A DNA stretch of 64,000 nucleotides from an uncultured Sneathiellales bacterium (GCA_964344385.1 CAYFNG010000002.1:193476-257475), one strand, 5' to 3'. Positions 1-10,326 are shown, counted from the stretch's first letter. Notes: generated by a model not told the origin, from the sequence alone. Translations and numbers: made by a program.

Positions 1-714
1 GGTGAAAATCGCCTTCTCGCCACCGACCACCACCAACTTCACCGGTGCGGCGGCGGCGGCGCGGTAGCAGCGATAGCCGGCGATGGCGCCGTGGAAGTTC
101 TTGCGCGGGTTCAGGGAGCCGAGGTACAGCGCGTAGCGGAAACCCGGGTCGGTGGCTTCGACTCCCGGCGGTGCCGCATCGACGCCATTGGCGATCGCGG
201 CCACCGGGCCGACATGGGGAAAGGCCTCGCGGATCTGTTGGGCCGAAGTCTCCGAGACGGTGGCGAAATGAACGCCGCGGGCGATCGCCAGCCGGACCAG
301 CAGGGTGAGGTAACGGGAATAGGCACCGGAAAACCAGTCCCGGTTCAGGAACCCGACATCGTGCAGCAACAGCAACTGCTTGGTTCCGGGCGAGCCGAGG
401 ACCGGCGCCGAATTGGTCAGGTTCAACATGATCTCGGCGCCGCCGTCGCGGCGCACCCGGCTGGGCAGAACGAACTGTTCCCACAGCGAGCGGCCGATCC
501 CCTTGGCGTAGAGCGCCGCCCGGTCGGCCCGCAGCGAGACATTGTCGGGCAGGGCCAGGTCGGGAAGGTTGCCGTCCGGGGGCAGGGGCAGGTAGATCCG
601 AAACCGGTCGCCGGGCCGCCGTGTTGCCAGTTCGCGCAACAGGTTGACCGCGACGCGAACCGCGCCGCCCTTTTCGGCGATGCCGAGGGATTTGCCGTTG
701 ACCGCGACGATCAT
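1..714 (-). CDS. Glycosyltransferase family 4 (GT1-type), partial: N-terminal ~238 aa in window, C-terminus lies beyond position 1
   Basis: Reverse-strand translation from the ATG at 714 is open to the window edge (MIVAVNGKSLGIAEKGG...), with typical Glyco_trans_4 N-domain composition. ATGA overlap with the downstream sulfotransferase stop. Not in the ORF track because there is no stop inside the window. Confidence 0.6.
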   Translation of the reverse strand, partial: MIVAVNGKSLGIAEKGGAVRVAVNLLRELATRRPGDRFRIYLPLPPDGNLPDLALPDNVSLRADRAALYAKGIGRSLWEQFVLPSRVRRDGGAEIMLNLTNSAPVLGSPGTKQLLLLHDVGFLNRDWFSGAYSRYLTLLVRLAIARGVHFATVSETSAQQIREAFPHVGPVAAIANGVDAAPPGVEATDPGFRYALYLGSLNPRKNFHGAIAGYRCYRAAAAAPVKLVVVGGEKAIFT

Positions 715-1652
715 GCCGCACACATCGCCGACAGCTTGGCCCAGAGCGGGCCGTCCAGCGCGTCGACCTGTTCGGTTTCCGCCTCGCCCAGAACCTTGCG
801 CCAATAGGTGTTGACCACCCGGACGTCGATCTGGCGATCGTGTGCGGTGCCGGATTTCGGCATCGCGCGGCCGCCCTTGGATTGGTAGGCGTCGGCGATC
901 TTGGCTTCCTTGTCCGCACCCCAGGCCAGGCCCAGGTCCCGGTAGAGCCCGGCATAAGTGGCCACCGGGTCGGCCACCACATCGTCCAGATTGAGGAAGT
1001 GGATGCGGGGGTTGGTTTCCTTCCAGCGGATCAGCGGGGCGTAGATCAGGTGCCAGAGCGCGGCACCGTTCAGGGCGGCCGAATTGGTCGGCGTTCCGTT
1101 CGCTAGGCCGTTGTCGACATCGGCGAGTCCGGCCTCGGCCAGGCGGCTTTGCAGGTCGGCGATATCGAAGGACCAGTCCATGCGCTTGAAGCTGGCGGCC
1201 ACGGCCCAGGGATTGCGCACGGTCACCACGGCGTCGACATCGTGGCGCCGGGCCAGGTCGTCGACCAGGAAGCAGGCGAAGGGGTCCTTCCAGACAATGG
1301 TCTTGAGGAACGGGTTCAGGCGGCATTGCCGGTAGGAGTTGACGGCCCGGCCACCGACCAGCCGCTTGGCGGCCCGCCTGAACCCGGTTTCACGTGGGAA
1401 CACGCCGGGCTTGAAGGAGAGCCGCAAGCGCCGGATCGCCGCGACATGGGCGTCGAGGTCAGCCGCGGTGAACCCGCCGCCGCCGACCACTTCGAAATAG
1501 CGGTCGATCGCGGTCAGGCCGACCACCGCGTTGAACGGTTCGTGCAGGGCGGAAACGCTGCGGTCCAGCGACAGATAGCGGCCGACCGCCGTGGTGCCGC
1601 TGCGCGGCGGGCCGGTAACCAGGATCAGGCGGGGCGTGGTGGTGTCGGCCAT
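711..1652 (-). CDS. Sulfotransferase family protein (PAPS-dependent, Stf0-like)
   Basis: 313 aa. N-terminal 5'-PSB P-loop-like motif LVTGPPRSGTT. Located inside the polysaccharide cluster. Confidence 0.7.
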   Translation of the reverse strand: MADTTTPRLILVTGPPRSGTTAVGRYLSLDRSVSALHEPFNAVVGLTAIDRYFEVVGGGGFTAADLDAHVAAIRRLRLSFKPGVFPRETGFRRAAKRLVGGRAVNSYRQCRLNPFLKTIVWKDPFACFLVDDLARRHDVDAVVTVRNPWAVAASFKRMDWSFDIADLQSRLAEAGLADVDNGLANGTPTNSAALNGAALWHLIYAPLIRWKETNPRIHFLNLDDVVADPVATYAGLYRDLGLAWGADKEAKIADAYQSKGGRAMPKSGTAHDRQIDVRVVNTYWRKVLGEAETEQVDALDGPLWAKLSAMCAA

Positions 1653-1675
1653 ATCAGGGGTGCCGGCCTGGGTTC

Positions 1676-2620
1676 TCAGGTCGCCTTGGGTGCGGCGACC
1701 AGGTTTGCGGATTGGGTATACCCGTAGCGCGACAGCAGCGGGCTGGCCAATACCGTGGCCAGGCGCCTGGCACCGGGGTCGATCTTGTTCTTCCAGGCAT
1801 CGTCGTTGCGGATCTGGGTCGGGCCGATCCGGAAACGATGCGGGTTGCCGCCGATCGAGTGCAGCGGGCCGAGGTCGATTTCGTCCTCGCTGGTGAACGG
1901 CAGCACCTGGCCGGCGACCGGCGGCAGGTTGTCGACCAGCTTCTGCATGACGGTCCGGGGGCGGGCGGCGAATTCCTCGTAGACCACCCGTTGATAGGGC
2001 AGCCGGCTGGCCAGCATTTCCGAGAAGATATTGCGCGCCATCCAGAAAGTGGCGGTGCGGTAAGGCGGATACTGGGTCAGGTCGCCGCCGGTGGCCGGGT
2101 TGTGCTTTTTCTTGCGCCAGGCATAGACCAGGGCCCGGACGTCGCGCACCGCATGCACCAGGTGCACCTCGATGCCGGGGATCTGGCTCAGGATCAGGGC
2201 CCGCGACGGGACCTTGGACGAATCGACGATGACGTCATTGCCGGAATTTTCCGCGATCGCGAAATAAAGCTCGCGCAGCACCTCGCGGTAATCGTGCACC
2301 TTCTCGCGGAACGGCCGGCCACCAAGGTTGTAATAAAGCTTGAGGAAATGCCGCGAATGGTCGACCGCGTGGTGCAGCCGCACGATCCGGTCGAGATCGC
2401 TCGCGTCGCGGACCAGGCGACTGGCGATCGGTGTCCAGAAGCTGCAGGCGTCGAACGCCTCGCCACAGGCACAGCGCGAGTTCTCCAGGAACCCTTCCTG
2501 CCACAGCCGGTAGATTTCATTAAACGACGAGACACCGTCCAGGGTGCCGAAAATCCGGTCGTACAGCGTGGTGCCGCTGCGCCCGGTGCCGACGACGTAG
2601 ATGACTTTGATCTTGTTCAC
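1676..2620 (-). CDS. Sulfotransferase family protein (second paralog)
   Basis: 314 aa. N-terminal motif VVGTGRSGTT (PAPS-binding loop). Same orientation as, and adjacent to, the first sulfotransferase. Confidence 0.7.
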   Translation of the reverse strand: MNKIKVIYVVGTGRSGTTLYDRIFGTLDGVSSFNEIYRLWQEGFLENSRCACGEAFDACSFWTPIASRLVRDASDLDRIVRLHHAVDHSRHFLKLYYNLGGRPFREKVHDYREVLRELYFAIAENSGNDVIVDSSKVPSRALILSQIPGIEVHLVHAVRDVRALVYAWRKKKHNPATGGDLTQYPPYRTATFWMARNIFSEMLASRLPYQRVVYEEFAARPRTVMQKLVDNLPPVAGQVLPFTSEDEIDLGPLHSIGGNPHRFRIGPTQIRNDDAWKNKIDPGARRLATVLASPLLSRYGYTQSANLVAAPKAT

Positions 2621-2680
2621 TTTGGCCTGCCTGACTGCTGCTTTGACGCAAACGCAACCCCGGGACGACGCGACCCCTGT

Positions 2681-4018
2681 TCAGTCCTCGCCAGCCGCCG
2701 GCCTACGGGACCGCAACAGCCTGCGGGCATCGGCGAACAGGTCGGCCCAACCCTCCCCGGGACGTAGGCGAACATGACTGATTATATTTAGCTTTTTCTT
2801 AACGACGACAACCATCCAGCCATTTCTCGTCAGCGTGGTGACAGTATAGGCGAAGGCGACGCCGATGGCTCCCATAGTCTGGATCAGGACGACGCCCAAT
2901 ATCAGGAACAGGGCGGTGGTGACCACCATGATCTTGGCGTGATCGTGCTGGATCGCGGTCATCGTCATCAACACCCCTGCCGGCCCGGCCAGGGCGCCGA
3001 TGGTCTGGCCGATGATCAGCACGATCAGGATGTTGTCGGCCGCGACATATTCCGGCCCGAACAGACCCAGGACCGGACGCGCGAACAGGACCAGCAACAG
3101 CGCCAGCGGCACCGTCGCCAGGAAGATCCATTGCGAGGCCCGGGTGACCTGGGCCTGCAACTCGGCCATGTGGTTGCGGTGATACAGCTCGGAAATCATC
3201 GGCGCGATGGCGATCCTAACCGCGTCCAGCGAAAAGGCGAGCAGGGCTGCCAGCCGTAAGGCGACGGCGTATTCCGCCGCTACCGACATGGTCAGCAGCC
3301 AGCCGATCAGCAGCATGTCGGCGCGGGCCGAGATCGCGTTCATGATGGTCGAAAACAGCAGCGGCCGGGCGGTTTGGGCCCACTTCCTGGGTTCGAATTT
3401 CGGCGTGATGCCGCCCAGGGCGCGGCGAATGCGGAAGCCGTCCAGGATCACCGCTACCAGGATCGCGGCGCCCAGGCAGATCAGGGCCGCGTTGGCGGTC
3501 AGCGGGGCCGCCGCCAGGGCGATCACCGCGAACAGCGTGGCCAGGGCCGGCCTCAGGATGTGAAAGCCCAGCAGGGCCGGCACCATGATCTTCAGTCCGC
3601 GCTGGTATTCCCGGTTCAGGATCATCCAGGTCCAAAGCGGCAGGACCAGCAAGCCCAGCAGTACCGCCTGGCCCAGGCCCTGCGAATAGTCGTAGAGGCC
3701 AAACCCGGCGGCGGCGACACCGGCAACCAGCCAGACCAGGTTGGCCCCCAGGCCAAGCTGGCGGGAGCGCCGCAGTACCCCGGCCAGGTGCGGCCGATCG
3801 CCGTCGGCGGTGTACATGGCGGCAAATTTCAGGGCGACCCGGTCATAGCCCAACAGGCACAGCGGCGACAGCACGGTCATCACCGTGATCGCGTACATGG
3901 TCGTGCCGTAATCGTCCTTCGACATGGCCCGGGCGAGAAAGACCGTGAAGGCGAAATACAGGACGACACCGGCTATCTTGACGATAAAGGCCTTGGCAGC
4001 GCCGCCGGCAAGGTTCAT
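2681..4018 (-). CDS. wzx: Polysaccharide biosynthesis protein / Wzx-type flippase (MOP/PST family)
   Basis: 445 aa, highly hydrophobic with ~12 predicted TM segments, PST-family-like composition. In the EPS cluster next to the Wzc-like gene. Confidence 0.7.
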   Translation of the reverse strand: MNLAGGAAKAFIVKIAGVVLYFAFTVFLARAMSKDDYGTTMYAITVMTVLSPLCLLGYDRVALKFAAMYTADGDRPHLAGVLRRSRQLGLGANLVWLVAGVAAAGFGLYDYSQGLGQAVLLGLLVLPLWTWMILNREYQRGLKIMVPALLGFHILRPALATLFAVIALAAAPLTANAALICLGAAILVAVILDGFRIRRALGGITPKFEPRKWAQTARPLLFSTIMNAISARADMLLIGWLLTMSVAAEYAVALRLAALLAFSLDAVRIAIAPMISELYHRNHMAELQAQVTRASQWIFLATVPLALLLVLFARPVLGLFGPEYVAADNILIVLIIGQTIGALAGPAGVLMTMTAIQHDHAKIMVVTTALFLILGVVLIQTMGAIGVAFAYTVTTLTRNGWMVVVVKKKLNIISHVRLRPGEGWADLFADARRLLRSRRPAAGED

Positions 4019-4055
4019 CCGCGATACTCCCCCGGGGGCAGGGCCGGGTATTCAG

Positions 4056-6323
4056 TCAGCGCACATAGGCCTGGTAGTAATAGCCGGCATCGGCGTACCC
4101 GTACAGGCCGTGTTTCTTGACGTCGACCTGGGTCAGCACGATGCCGCCGATATGGCCTTCGGTTTCGGTGATCTGGCGCAGGCCGGCCATGGCGATGTCG
4201 CGGCGGGTTCGTTCCCACTGGACCACGAAGATGATCTCGTCGACGATCGGCGCCAGCAACCGGGCGTCCGAAACCGCAAGGACCGGCGGCGAATCCAGCA
4301 CCACCAGATCATATTCCGCCGACTGGGCCTCCAGGAATTCGCGCATGCCCGGTGAATTCAACAGTTCGGCCGGGTTGAAGACCTCGCCGCCGGCTGGCAG
4401 GAAGTGCAGCCCGGTCGGCTCGTCGATCCGCATGCAGTCGGCGAATTCCTTTTCGCCGGTCAGGATCTCGACCAGTCCCGACTTGTCGGTTCCGGGGATC
4501 GCCTTGAACAGGGACGGGCGGCGCAGGTCGCAGTCGATCAGCAGCGTCTTGTGGCCGACCCGGGCGGCGTAGCGCGCCAGGGACAGTGACGTGGTGGTCT
4601 TGCCCTCGTTATGGATGGACGAGGTGAACATGACGGTTTTCACCGGCCGGTTGCTGCGGGCCATCAAATGGGCGGTACACAACGTCCGGATGGCTTCGGC
4701 AAAGGCGGATTTCGGGTTCTTGACCAGGAAATCCTCACGCCGACGGCTGGGCAGGCGCGGCAATTTCGGTACCAGCGACAGCGCATACATGCCGGTTGCC
4801 CGCTCGATCTGCTCGGTGGTCCGGAAACAGCGGCTCGGCCGTTCGATATACAGGACCAGCAGGACCACGCCCAGCAGCGAAGCGACGAACGCCGCCGCGA
4901 CCACTTGTGGAATGTTCGGCGATGTCGGCTTTTCCGGCGTGAAGCTGTGGGAGACGACCCGGGCGTCCGGCTGCTGCAAGTCCTCCTGCGCGGTGGTTTC
5001 CTTGTAACGCGCCAGGAACGTCTGGAACAGGGTCCGGGTGGCGTCGGCTTCGCGCTGCAATTCGCGTAGGCGCACCTCGGATTGGCTGATATCGGCGGCC
5101 TTGGTCTCCAGCTTCCGGACACTGCTTTGCAACGCTCTTTCCCGGGCCTTGGCGACCTTGACCTCGTTTTCCATGCCGCTGACGATCTTTTTCAGCTCCT
5201 CCTGGATCTTGGCTCTCAAATCCGCCAGATCGGCGCGGACGTTGATCATCTTGGGGTGCTTGTCGCCGTAATTGGTGGCTAGTTGCGACATTTTGCGGAC
5301 GGTTTCGACCTCCTGCTCGCGCAGGCGCTGGATCAGGGTCGAAGACAGCACTTCGGGGGCGGACTCCAGCCCGCCAGGCTTGCCCAGCAAAGATTTGGCT
5401 TGGGCGTAGCGGGCTTCGGTTTCCGCCCGTTTGGTGCGCGCCAGCACCAATTGGGTGTTCAGTTCGCTTAGCTGCTGAGAGGTGACGTAGCTGCCTTTGC
5501 CTTCGATCAGGCCGGATTTCTTGCGGTAGCTCGCGACCTTCTGGTCGCCTTCAGCCACTTGCTGGCGCAATTCGTCGACCCGTTCGCGCAGCCAGGCATT
5601 GGCGCGCTGGGTCTCCTCGAACTTGATGTCCAACTGCGATGACACATAGAGATCGGCGACGGTGTTGGCGATGCGGGCGGCCATTTCCGGGATGTGCGAG
5701 TTGTAGCGAATGGCCAAAACCAGCGACTGGCCCCGCGGCTGGACGTCCAACCGGTCGAGAAAGGCATCGATCACGTGGCTGCGTTCGGATTCTCCCTGGC
5801 CATTGGTGATGACGGTCGGTTCGACCTTGCCGCCGATAAGACCCGCCAGTCCTTCGGGCAGAACGGACCGCAGCCAATTGGTGGCGCGATCCTTCAGGTC
5901 GAAATCATAGACCTTGCCGGCCTGGCGCGCCGCCGGGTTGAGCTCCGGCTCGTTTATCAGGTTCAGGCGGTCGACGACCTTTGACGCGAAGGTTCGCGAC
6001 TGCAGAACTTCGACCTCGCTCTCGACGGTCGCGGCGTTCACGGGAATCCCTGAAACCACCTTTTCGATATCCAGGACCTGGGTCCGGCCGGTCTCGATCA
6101 GGACCAGCGATTCGGCGGTGTAGGTCGGTGGCACCTCACGGACGACGATGAACGCCAACAGGGTCAGCAGCGTGGTCAGGGTGAAGACCATCAGCTTGCG
6201 CCGACGCAGCGACATGATGAGTTCGCGCAAGTCGATCTCTTCGCTCCTGCCCTGCAAGGCGACGACCTCTGTCTGCGGTTCGGGGTACACCTTCATCGTC
6301 TCGGTCACCATCGTTGCGTCCAT
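4056..6323 (-). CDS. exoP: Polysaccharide biosynthesis tyrosine autokinase / chain-length determinant (ExoP/Wzc/GumC family)
   Basis: 755 aa. Two TM segments flank a long coiled-coil periplasmic region. C-terminal BY-kinase domain with Walker A (SSIHNEGKTTTSLSLA) and a C-terminal Tyr cluster (YGYADAGYYYQAY). Confidence 0.85.
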   Translation of the reverse strand: MDATMVTETMKVYPEPQTEVVALQGRSEEIDLRELIMSLRRRKLMVFTLTTLLTLLAFIVVREVPPTYTAESLVLIETGRTQVLDIEKVVSGIPVNAATVESEVEVLQSRTFASKVVDRLNLINEPELNPAARQAGKVYDFDLKDRATNWLRSVLPEGLAGLIGGKVEPTVITNGQGESERSHVIDAFLDRLDVQPRGQSLVLAIRYNSHIPEMAARIANTVADLYVSSQLDIKFEETQRANAWLRERVDELRQQVAEGDQKVASYRKKSGLIEGKGSYVTSQQLSELNTQLVLARTKRAETEARYAQAKSLLGKPGGLESAPEVLSSTLIQRLREQEVETVRKMSQLATNYGDKHPKMINVRADLADLRAKIQEELKKIVSGMENEVKVAKARERALQSSVRKLETKAADISQSEVRLRELQREADATRTLFQTFLARYKETTAQEDLQQPDARVVSHSFTPEKPTSPNIPQVVAAAFVASLLGVVLLVLYIERPSRCFRTTEQIERATGMYALSLVPKLPRLPSRRREDFLVKNPKSAFAEAIRTLCTAHLMARSNRPVKTVMFTSSIHNEGKTTTSLSLARYAARVGHKTLLIDCDLRRPSLFKAIPGTDKSGLVEILTGEKEFADCMRIDEPTGLHFLPAGGEVFNPAELLNSPGMREFLEAQSAEYDLVVLDSPPVLAVSDARLLAPIVDEIIFVVQWERTRRDIAMAGLRQITETEGHIGGIVLTQVDVKKHGLYGYADAGYYYQAYVR

Positions 6324-6840
6324 TACCGTGATGCCAAACCAGTCCCTGTCGGGTGGCGGCGCGCCACCTTAACGGTTGCCGCCGCGCCACGCGACTCCCG
6401 TCGCGTCAACCCGTCTTAAGAAAAGGCCGGAATGTTTAATTTTGTGCTAAGTAAAACGGAAAAATATCAAGGGTTTAAAGGGATTTTCAGCGATGGGAGA
6501 CAGGGCCCCGCCAGTGCCCCGCCATCGCTCCGGTCAGGCTGCTTGAAACGCATCGCATATGACGGTGGCCGCCTTGCCTTCTTTAGGCGAGGGGACCGAT
6601 CTCGATTTCCGGCCCTGGCTTTATAAGGTTCCTGTCAGTTTCGCGTGTCAAAACCGGACTCCGTCTTCACACCGATTTTCCATAGCCGCGAATCCCGAGT
6701 CGGGAGGCTTTACAGCTTACCGAATGTAAGGTCGAAAATAAGGGTTAACATATTGAAAAATAATAAGTAATCAACCGTGGCACAGGTCTTGCTTTTTCCT
6801 CCGGCACTAGGGAACGGTCACCATTGGATCGGGGGAATTA

Positions 6841-7530
6841 ATGACACCGTATCGCCTGCTAAAAGTCAGCTTTCTGGGCCACGAAGTACCGGTACTACTG
6901 GTACGCAACAACCTGCCGGCCGGCGCCAGAGTAATCAAGCGGACAATCGATATCCTGGGCGCCGCCTCGCTGCTGACTTTGCTGTCGCCGTTGTTTGCGG
7001 TGATCGCGATCTTGATCAAGGCCGGTGGCGGTAACGTGTTTTTCGGTCATACCCGTATCGGCCGTCAGGGCGAGCCCTTCCCCTGCTTCAAGTTCCGCAC
7101 CATGGTGCCGAACGCCGAGGAAATCCTGAAAGGCTATTTGGCGGAAAATCCGGAAGCCAAAGCCGAATGGGAACGGGACTTCAAACTGAAGAATGATCCC
7201 CGGGTGACCGCAATCGGCGCTTTCCTGCGCAAGACCAGCCTGGATGAACTGCCGCAGCTGTGGAACGTGCTGCGCGGCGAGATGAGCCTGGTCGGTTCGC
7301 GGCCGATCACCGAAGCAGAGCTGAGCCGCTACGGCGATCATGTCGGTGTCTATCTTGGCGCCCGCCCCGGCCTGACCGGCCTGTGGCAGGTCAGCGGCCG
7401 CAGCGACGTCGACTATGACGAGCGGGTCAGCATGGACACTTGGTACGCCCGGAACTGGTCGCTGTGGCAGGACGTGACGATCCTGTTCAAGACCGCGAAA
7501 GTCGTGGTCAACGGCCGCGGCGCCTACTGA
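6841..7530 (+). CDS. exoY: Undecaprenyl-phosphate sugar phosphotransferase (bacterial sugar transferase, ExoY/WbaP C-domain type), priming enzyme
   Basis: 229 aa. Conserved motifs [46 protein letters not shown] upstream of the ATG. Divergent from exoP across a 500-bp AT-richer promoter region. Confidence 0.85.
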   Translation: MTPYRLLKVSFLGHEVPVLLVRNNLPAGARVIKRTIDILGAASLLTLLSPLFAVIAILIKAGGGNVFFGHTRIGRQGEPFPCFKFRTMVPNAEEILKGYLAENPEAKAEWERDFKLKNDPRVTAIGAFLRKTSLDELPQLWNVLRGEMSLVGSRPITEAELSRYGDHVGVYLGARPGLTGLWQVSGRSDVDYDERVSMDTWYARNWSLWQDVTILFKTAKVVVNGRGAY

Positions 7531-7691
7531 TCTACCGAATTTGAACCCGGGTCCGGGCTTTCCCCCGAAAGTCACCGGATCCAACGGCGGAATGGTTGTG
7601 GCTGCTGAACCGGCAATCTAGCGCGCCCGAGTTCGCCCCACCATTTCGCCGCCCCTTTTTGCGCTGCGTGGTTGGCTTGTGTAGGAGTGGT

Positions 7692-8243
7692 CTAGAAGAA
7701 GCGCTCCATCACCCGGATAATATCGCCAGGCATGACCACCGTATCCTCGGTCACTTCGCGCTTGGTCTCGGCCGGATCGGAATCCCGCGTCAGAAACAGC
7801 TTGTCGGTCTTGGCCCGATAAGTGTAGCCGCCGGCCAAGGCGATGGCATTCAACACCGTCATGCCGCTAACATAAGGGTAGCTGCCCGGGTTGTTGACTT
7901 CGCCCAGGATATAGAACGGCCGGTAGTTCATCACCTCGATGCTGATTTGCGGCTTTTTCAGATAGCCGTCCAGCAGCTTGAGCTTGATCCGTTCCTCCAG
8001 TTCCGGCAGCGACAGGCCGCCGGCTTCCACCTGACCGATCAGGGGCATCGAAATATTGCCGCTGCCATCGACTTCGAACTGACCCGACAGATCGGCCTCA
8101 TCGAACACGGTCACCCGTAACTGATCGCCGGTGCCCAGGATGTAACCGCTTGTCTTGGTGGAGGTTGCCGCGGAGGCAAAATTTGGTGCCGAGGCGATCA
8201 CCAAGACCGCCAACGTGCAGAGAAAGCCCCGAATACCCTTCAT
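7692..8243 (-). CDS. exoF: Polysaccharide export protein (Wza/ExoF/GumB family, Poly_export+SLBB)
   Basis: Start moved to MKGIRGF... (signal peptide, RBS AGGAG 7 nt upstream). Motifs YILGTGDQLRVTV and PFYILGEVNNPGSYPY are typical of the Wza periplasmic domain. Confidence 0.75.
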   Translation of the reverse strand: MKGIRGFLCTLAVLVIASAPNFASAATSTKTSGYILGTGDQLRVTVFDEADLSGQFEVDGSGNISMPLIGQVEAGGLSLPELEERIKLKLLDGYLKKPQISIEVMNYRPFYILGEVNNPGSYPYVSGMTVLNAIALAGGYTYRAKTDKLFLTRDSDPAETKREVTEDTVVMPGDIIRVMERFF

Positions 8244-8298
8244 CTCAGCTCCTGACTTACCTGTGCTGACAAGGTATCGCCGGAACGCTGACGTTTGG

Positions 8299-9594
8299 TT
8301 AATTCTGGATCCCAATCCGCAACGCCACCGTGTGCCGAACGAAGTCCGCGGTCGTGTCGTTCGATTTCTGATCGCGCCGCGCCAGCTCCAGCCCTAGATA
8401 TAGGTTGCGGTTGATCAGATATTTAGCCCCCACGTTCGCCGACAGGACCGTGTCCTCGCGGCCATTGGCGCCGAAATCCCGGTCGATCCAGACGAAGTTT
8501 CCATTCAACAACAGGTTTCGCAACAATTCGTGATCGACGTTGAAGCCGAGGCGGGTTTCCAGAACGCTGTCGGCGGTCGGCAGCGAGGTTTCCCGAAAGA
8601 CCCGGCGCGCAACGCCCGTGACCGTTGTCAGGGGCGTGATATTCCAGGTCAGGTTGCCCTTGACGCTGGTGGCGCGGCGAGAATTGAGGCTGGTATCCTT
8701 AACGTCGCGGTCTTCGATACCGGCGCTCAGTTCGCCTTCGGTCACGCCCGAGAACGCGGCCGCCACGCCGCCAAACACCTCGCGGACATCGGCATCGCGA
8801 TTGTGGCCGAAATCGTCGACCGCGGCTTCGTAGTCCAACCGCTTCAGGCCGACACCGACAAAGGCTTCATATTGCGGCGAGAAGATATAGCCGGCACGTA
8901 TGCTGCCGCTGATCACGTCGCGGTCGCGGTCATCGTTGTTGATGACGGTCCCGCTGGTACCCGGTGCGTCGTCGAAATCATAGGTCTCGTAAATTCCCCG
9001 AAAACGCAGGGTCAATCGATTGAAATTGTGCCGGTAGCCGATGTTGAAGGCGAGATTGTCGAACCGGGTCGGTTCCAGGCTGTTCAGATCGTCGGGCGAG
9101 TCCCGCTCCTCGTGTTGGCGTGACACGCTCAAACCGGTCGACAATCCACCGAAACGCTGGGTGTCGTAGCGGCCCTGAACCTCGCCGTAGTAATTTTCGT
9201 GGTTCTCGCTGACCTGATCCCTGAACCTGACGAATTCGCCGGCCAGCCGGGCGCGGATCTCATGGATGCCGAATTCCGATTTCAGCCGCAATTCCGGCAT
9301 GAGGATCGCCGAGAGATCGTCATCCTCGTTGGTGTTCTCGGCAAACAGATTGTCGTTGTACCGGCCGGTGACTTCCAGCAATGGGAACAACCGAAAGGCG
9401 CCGAGTTGGATGCCGGCGGGGTCGTAGTCCGGGCGCCGACGTTCGACCACCGTATCGCCCCGTTCCAGTTTCGGAGCCTTGCCCTGGGCCGCGACTGGCG
9501 TTGCTGTCAATGCGTGAAAGGCACAAGCCGTTCCCAGCGTAGCGATGATCCCCCAACGTGCCGCCAAAAGGTGGCGCCGCATCTGACCACTCAT
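8299..9594 (-). CDS. Outer-membrane beta-barrel protein, putative EPS-associated porin
   Basis: Start trimmed to MSGQMRRHLLAARWGIIATLGTACAFHALTATPVAAQG (signal peptide); the longer N-terminal extension in the ORF track is GC-rich read-through. Alternating hydrophobic beta-strand pattern and aromatic-rich C-terminus. Sits directly downstream of the Wza-like gene. Confidence 0.5.
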   Translation of the reverse strand: MSGQMRRHLLAARWGIIATLGTACAFHALTATPVAAQGKAPKLERGDTVVERRRPDYDPAGIQLGAFRLFPLLEVTGRYNDNLFAENTNEDDDLSAILMPELRLKSEFGIHEIRARLAGEFVRFRDQVSENHENYYGEVQGRYDTQRFGGLSTGLSVSRQHEERDSPDDLNSLEPTRFDNLAFNIGYRHNFNRLTLRFRGIYETYDFDDAPGTSGTVINNDDRDRDVISGSIRAGYIFSPQYEAFVGVGLKRLDYEAAVDDFGHNRDADVREVFGGVAAAFSGVTEGELSAGIEDRDVKDTSLNSRRATSVKGNLTWNITPLTTVTGVARRVFRETSLPTADSVLETRLGFNVDHELLRNLLLNGNFVWIDRDFGANGREDTVLSANVGAKYLINRNLYLGLELARRDQKSNDTTADFVRHTVALRIGIQN

Positions 9595-9724
9595 GTCCCC
9601 AACCTTTCCGGTAATATACCCCTTCGTTGTAGTGTATTTACCGAATCCAGGGCAATACCGAAAGGTCGAAGCCAACAGGTAAGTGAAGGTTTTGGGTGCG
9701 GTGACCCGAAACCCGGTCGGTTGT

Positions 9725-10057
9725 TTAGGCGGCCTTGTTGCGCCGGTCGGGAATATAGGCGGCTTGGCAATGCGCCATGCAATAGGGTTTGCCCGCTTCG
9801 CTGGGTTTGCCGCAAAAGCGAAACCCGGGTTTCCGCGGGTCACCGATCGGCCAGGCGCATTGCCCGCGCCGCAGGGCATCCGGTTGCACCCCGCTGACCG
9901 TCCGTTTGATCGGGGACTGGCGGGCCGGCAGGCCAATCCGATTGGCTTTGCCAACGACGGCGTTCTTGGTTACCCCGAGGCGACGACCGATCTCTGCGGT
10001 TGAATGACCTTCATTCCACAGCCGGCTGAGTTCCGCCACCAATTCGTCAGTCCACAT
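9725..10057 (-). CDS. gcrA: Cell-cycle transcriptional regulator GcrA
   Basis: Start at MWTDELVAELSRLWNEGHSTAEIGRRLGVTKNAVVGKANRIGL with RBS GGAGGAG. C-terminal conserved block CAWPIGDP...FRFCG...PYC..HCQAAY is diagnostic of GcrA. Confidence 0.85.
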   Translation of the reverse strand: MWTDELVAELSRLWNEGHSTAEIGRRLGVTKNAVVGKANRIGLPARQSPIKRTVSGVQPDALRRGQCAWPIGDPRKPGFRFCGKPSEAGKPYCMAHCQAAYIPDRRNKAA

Positions 10058-10326
10058 ATCTCCTCCAGGTTTTCGCAGCGGGCACAATGACCCAGTCCGG
10101 GCAATCACAGATTATGTCGCCGGCTAACAAGCAATTGGGGTTGGGTGTCTTTCTCCTACTAGATAAGGTATCTCGTTTTCCGTTTCGGGACAATCCTGAA
10201 AATGCCCAGTCGGTCGATTTCCTGCTCGACCGACACCAATTTCCAGCACCTGCCCGGGCGGGTTCCGAGATTGGCGCCAAATGCGCGATTGCGGTTTGCC
10301 GAGGCTCTGAACGGCGAAACGGTCTG

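Noticed and set aside
91-807. 238-aa plus-strand ORF at the window start, plus many other long ORFs on the strand opposite to confident genes (e.g. 1712-2767, 12343-13959, 14041-15936, 19668-20870, 23216-24430, 25234-27483, 27794-29068, 30123-31502, 32252-35212, 44710-45666, 45908-47086, 63279-63983)
   Set aside because: These are classic GC-rich shadow ORFs. Their products are Arg/Gly/Pro/Ala-rich with low complexity, lack RBS or conserved motifs, and each fully overlaps a well-supported gene on the other strand.
8299-9954. 551-aa version of the outer-membrane protein with a 120-aa N-terminal extension; similar over-long track ORFs for the Wza-like protein (to 8315), RecQ (to 46152), CoA-transferase A (to 43382), the ABC substrate-binding protein (from 24682) and chorismate mutase (from 47070)
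   Set aside because: The extensions are Arg/Pro-rich read-through lacking signal peptide or RBS logic, and some overlap neighbouring genes (gcrA, metW, DUF2784). Internal starts with an RBS plus signal peptide or family-typical N-termini were chosen instead.
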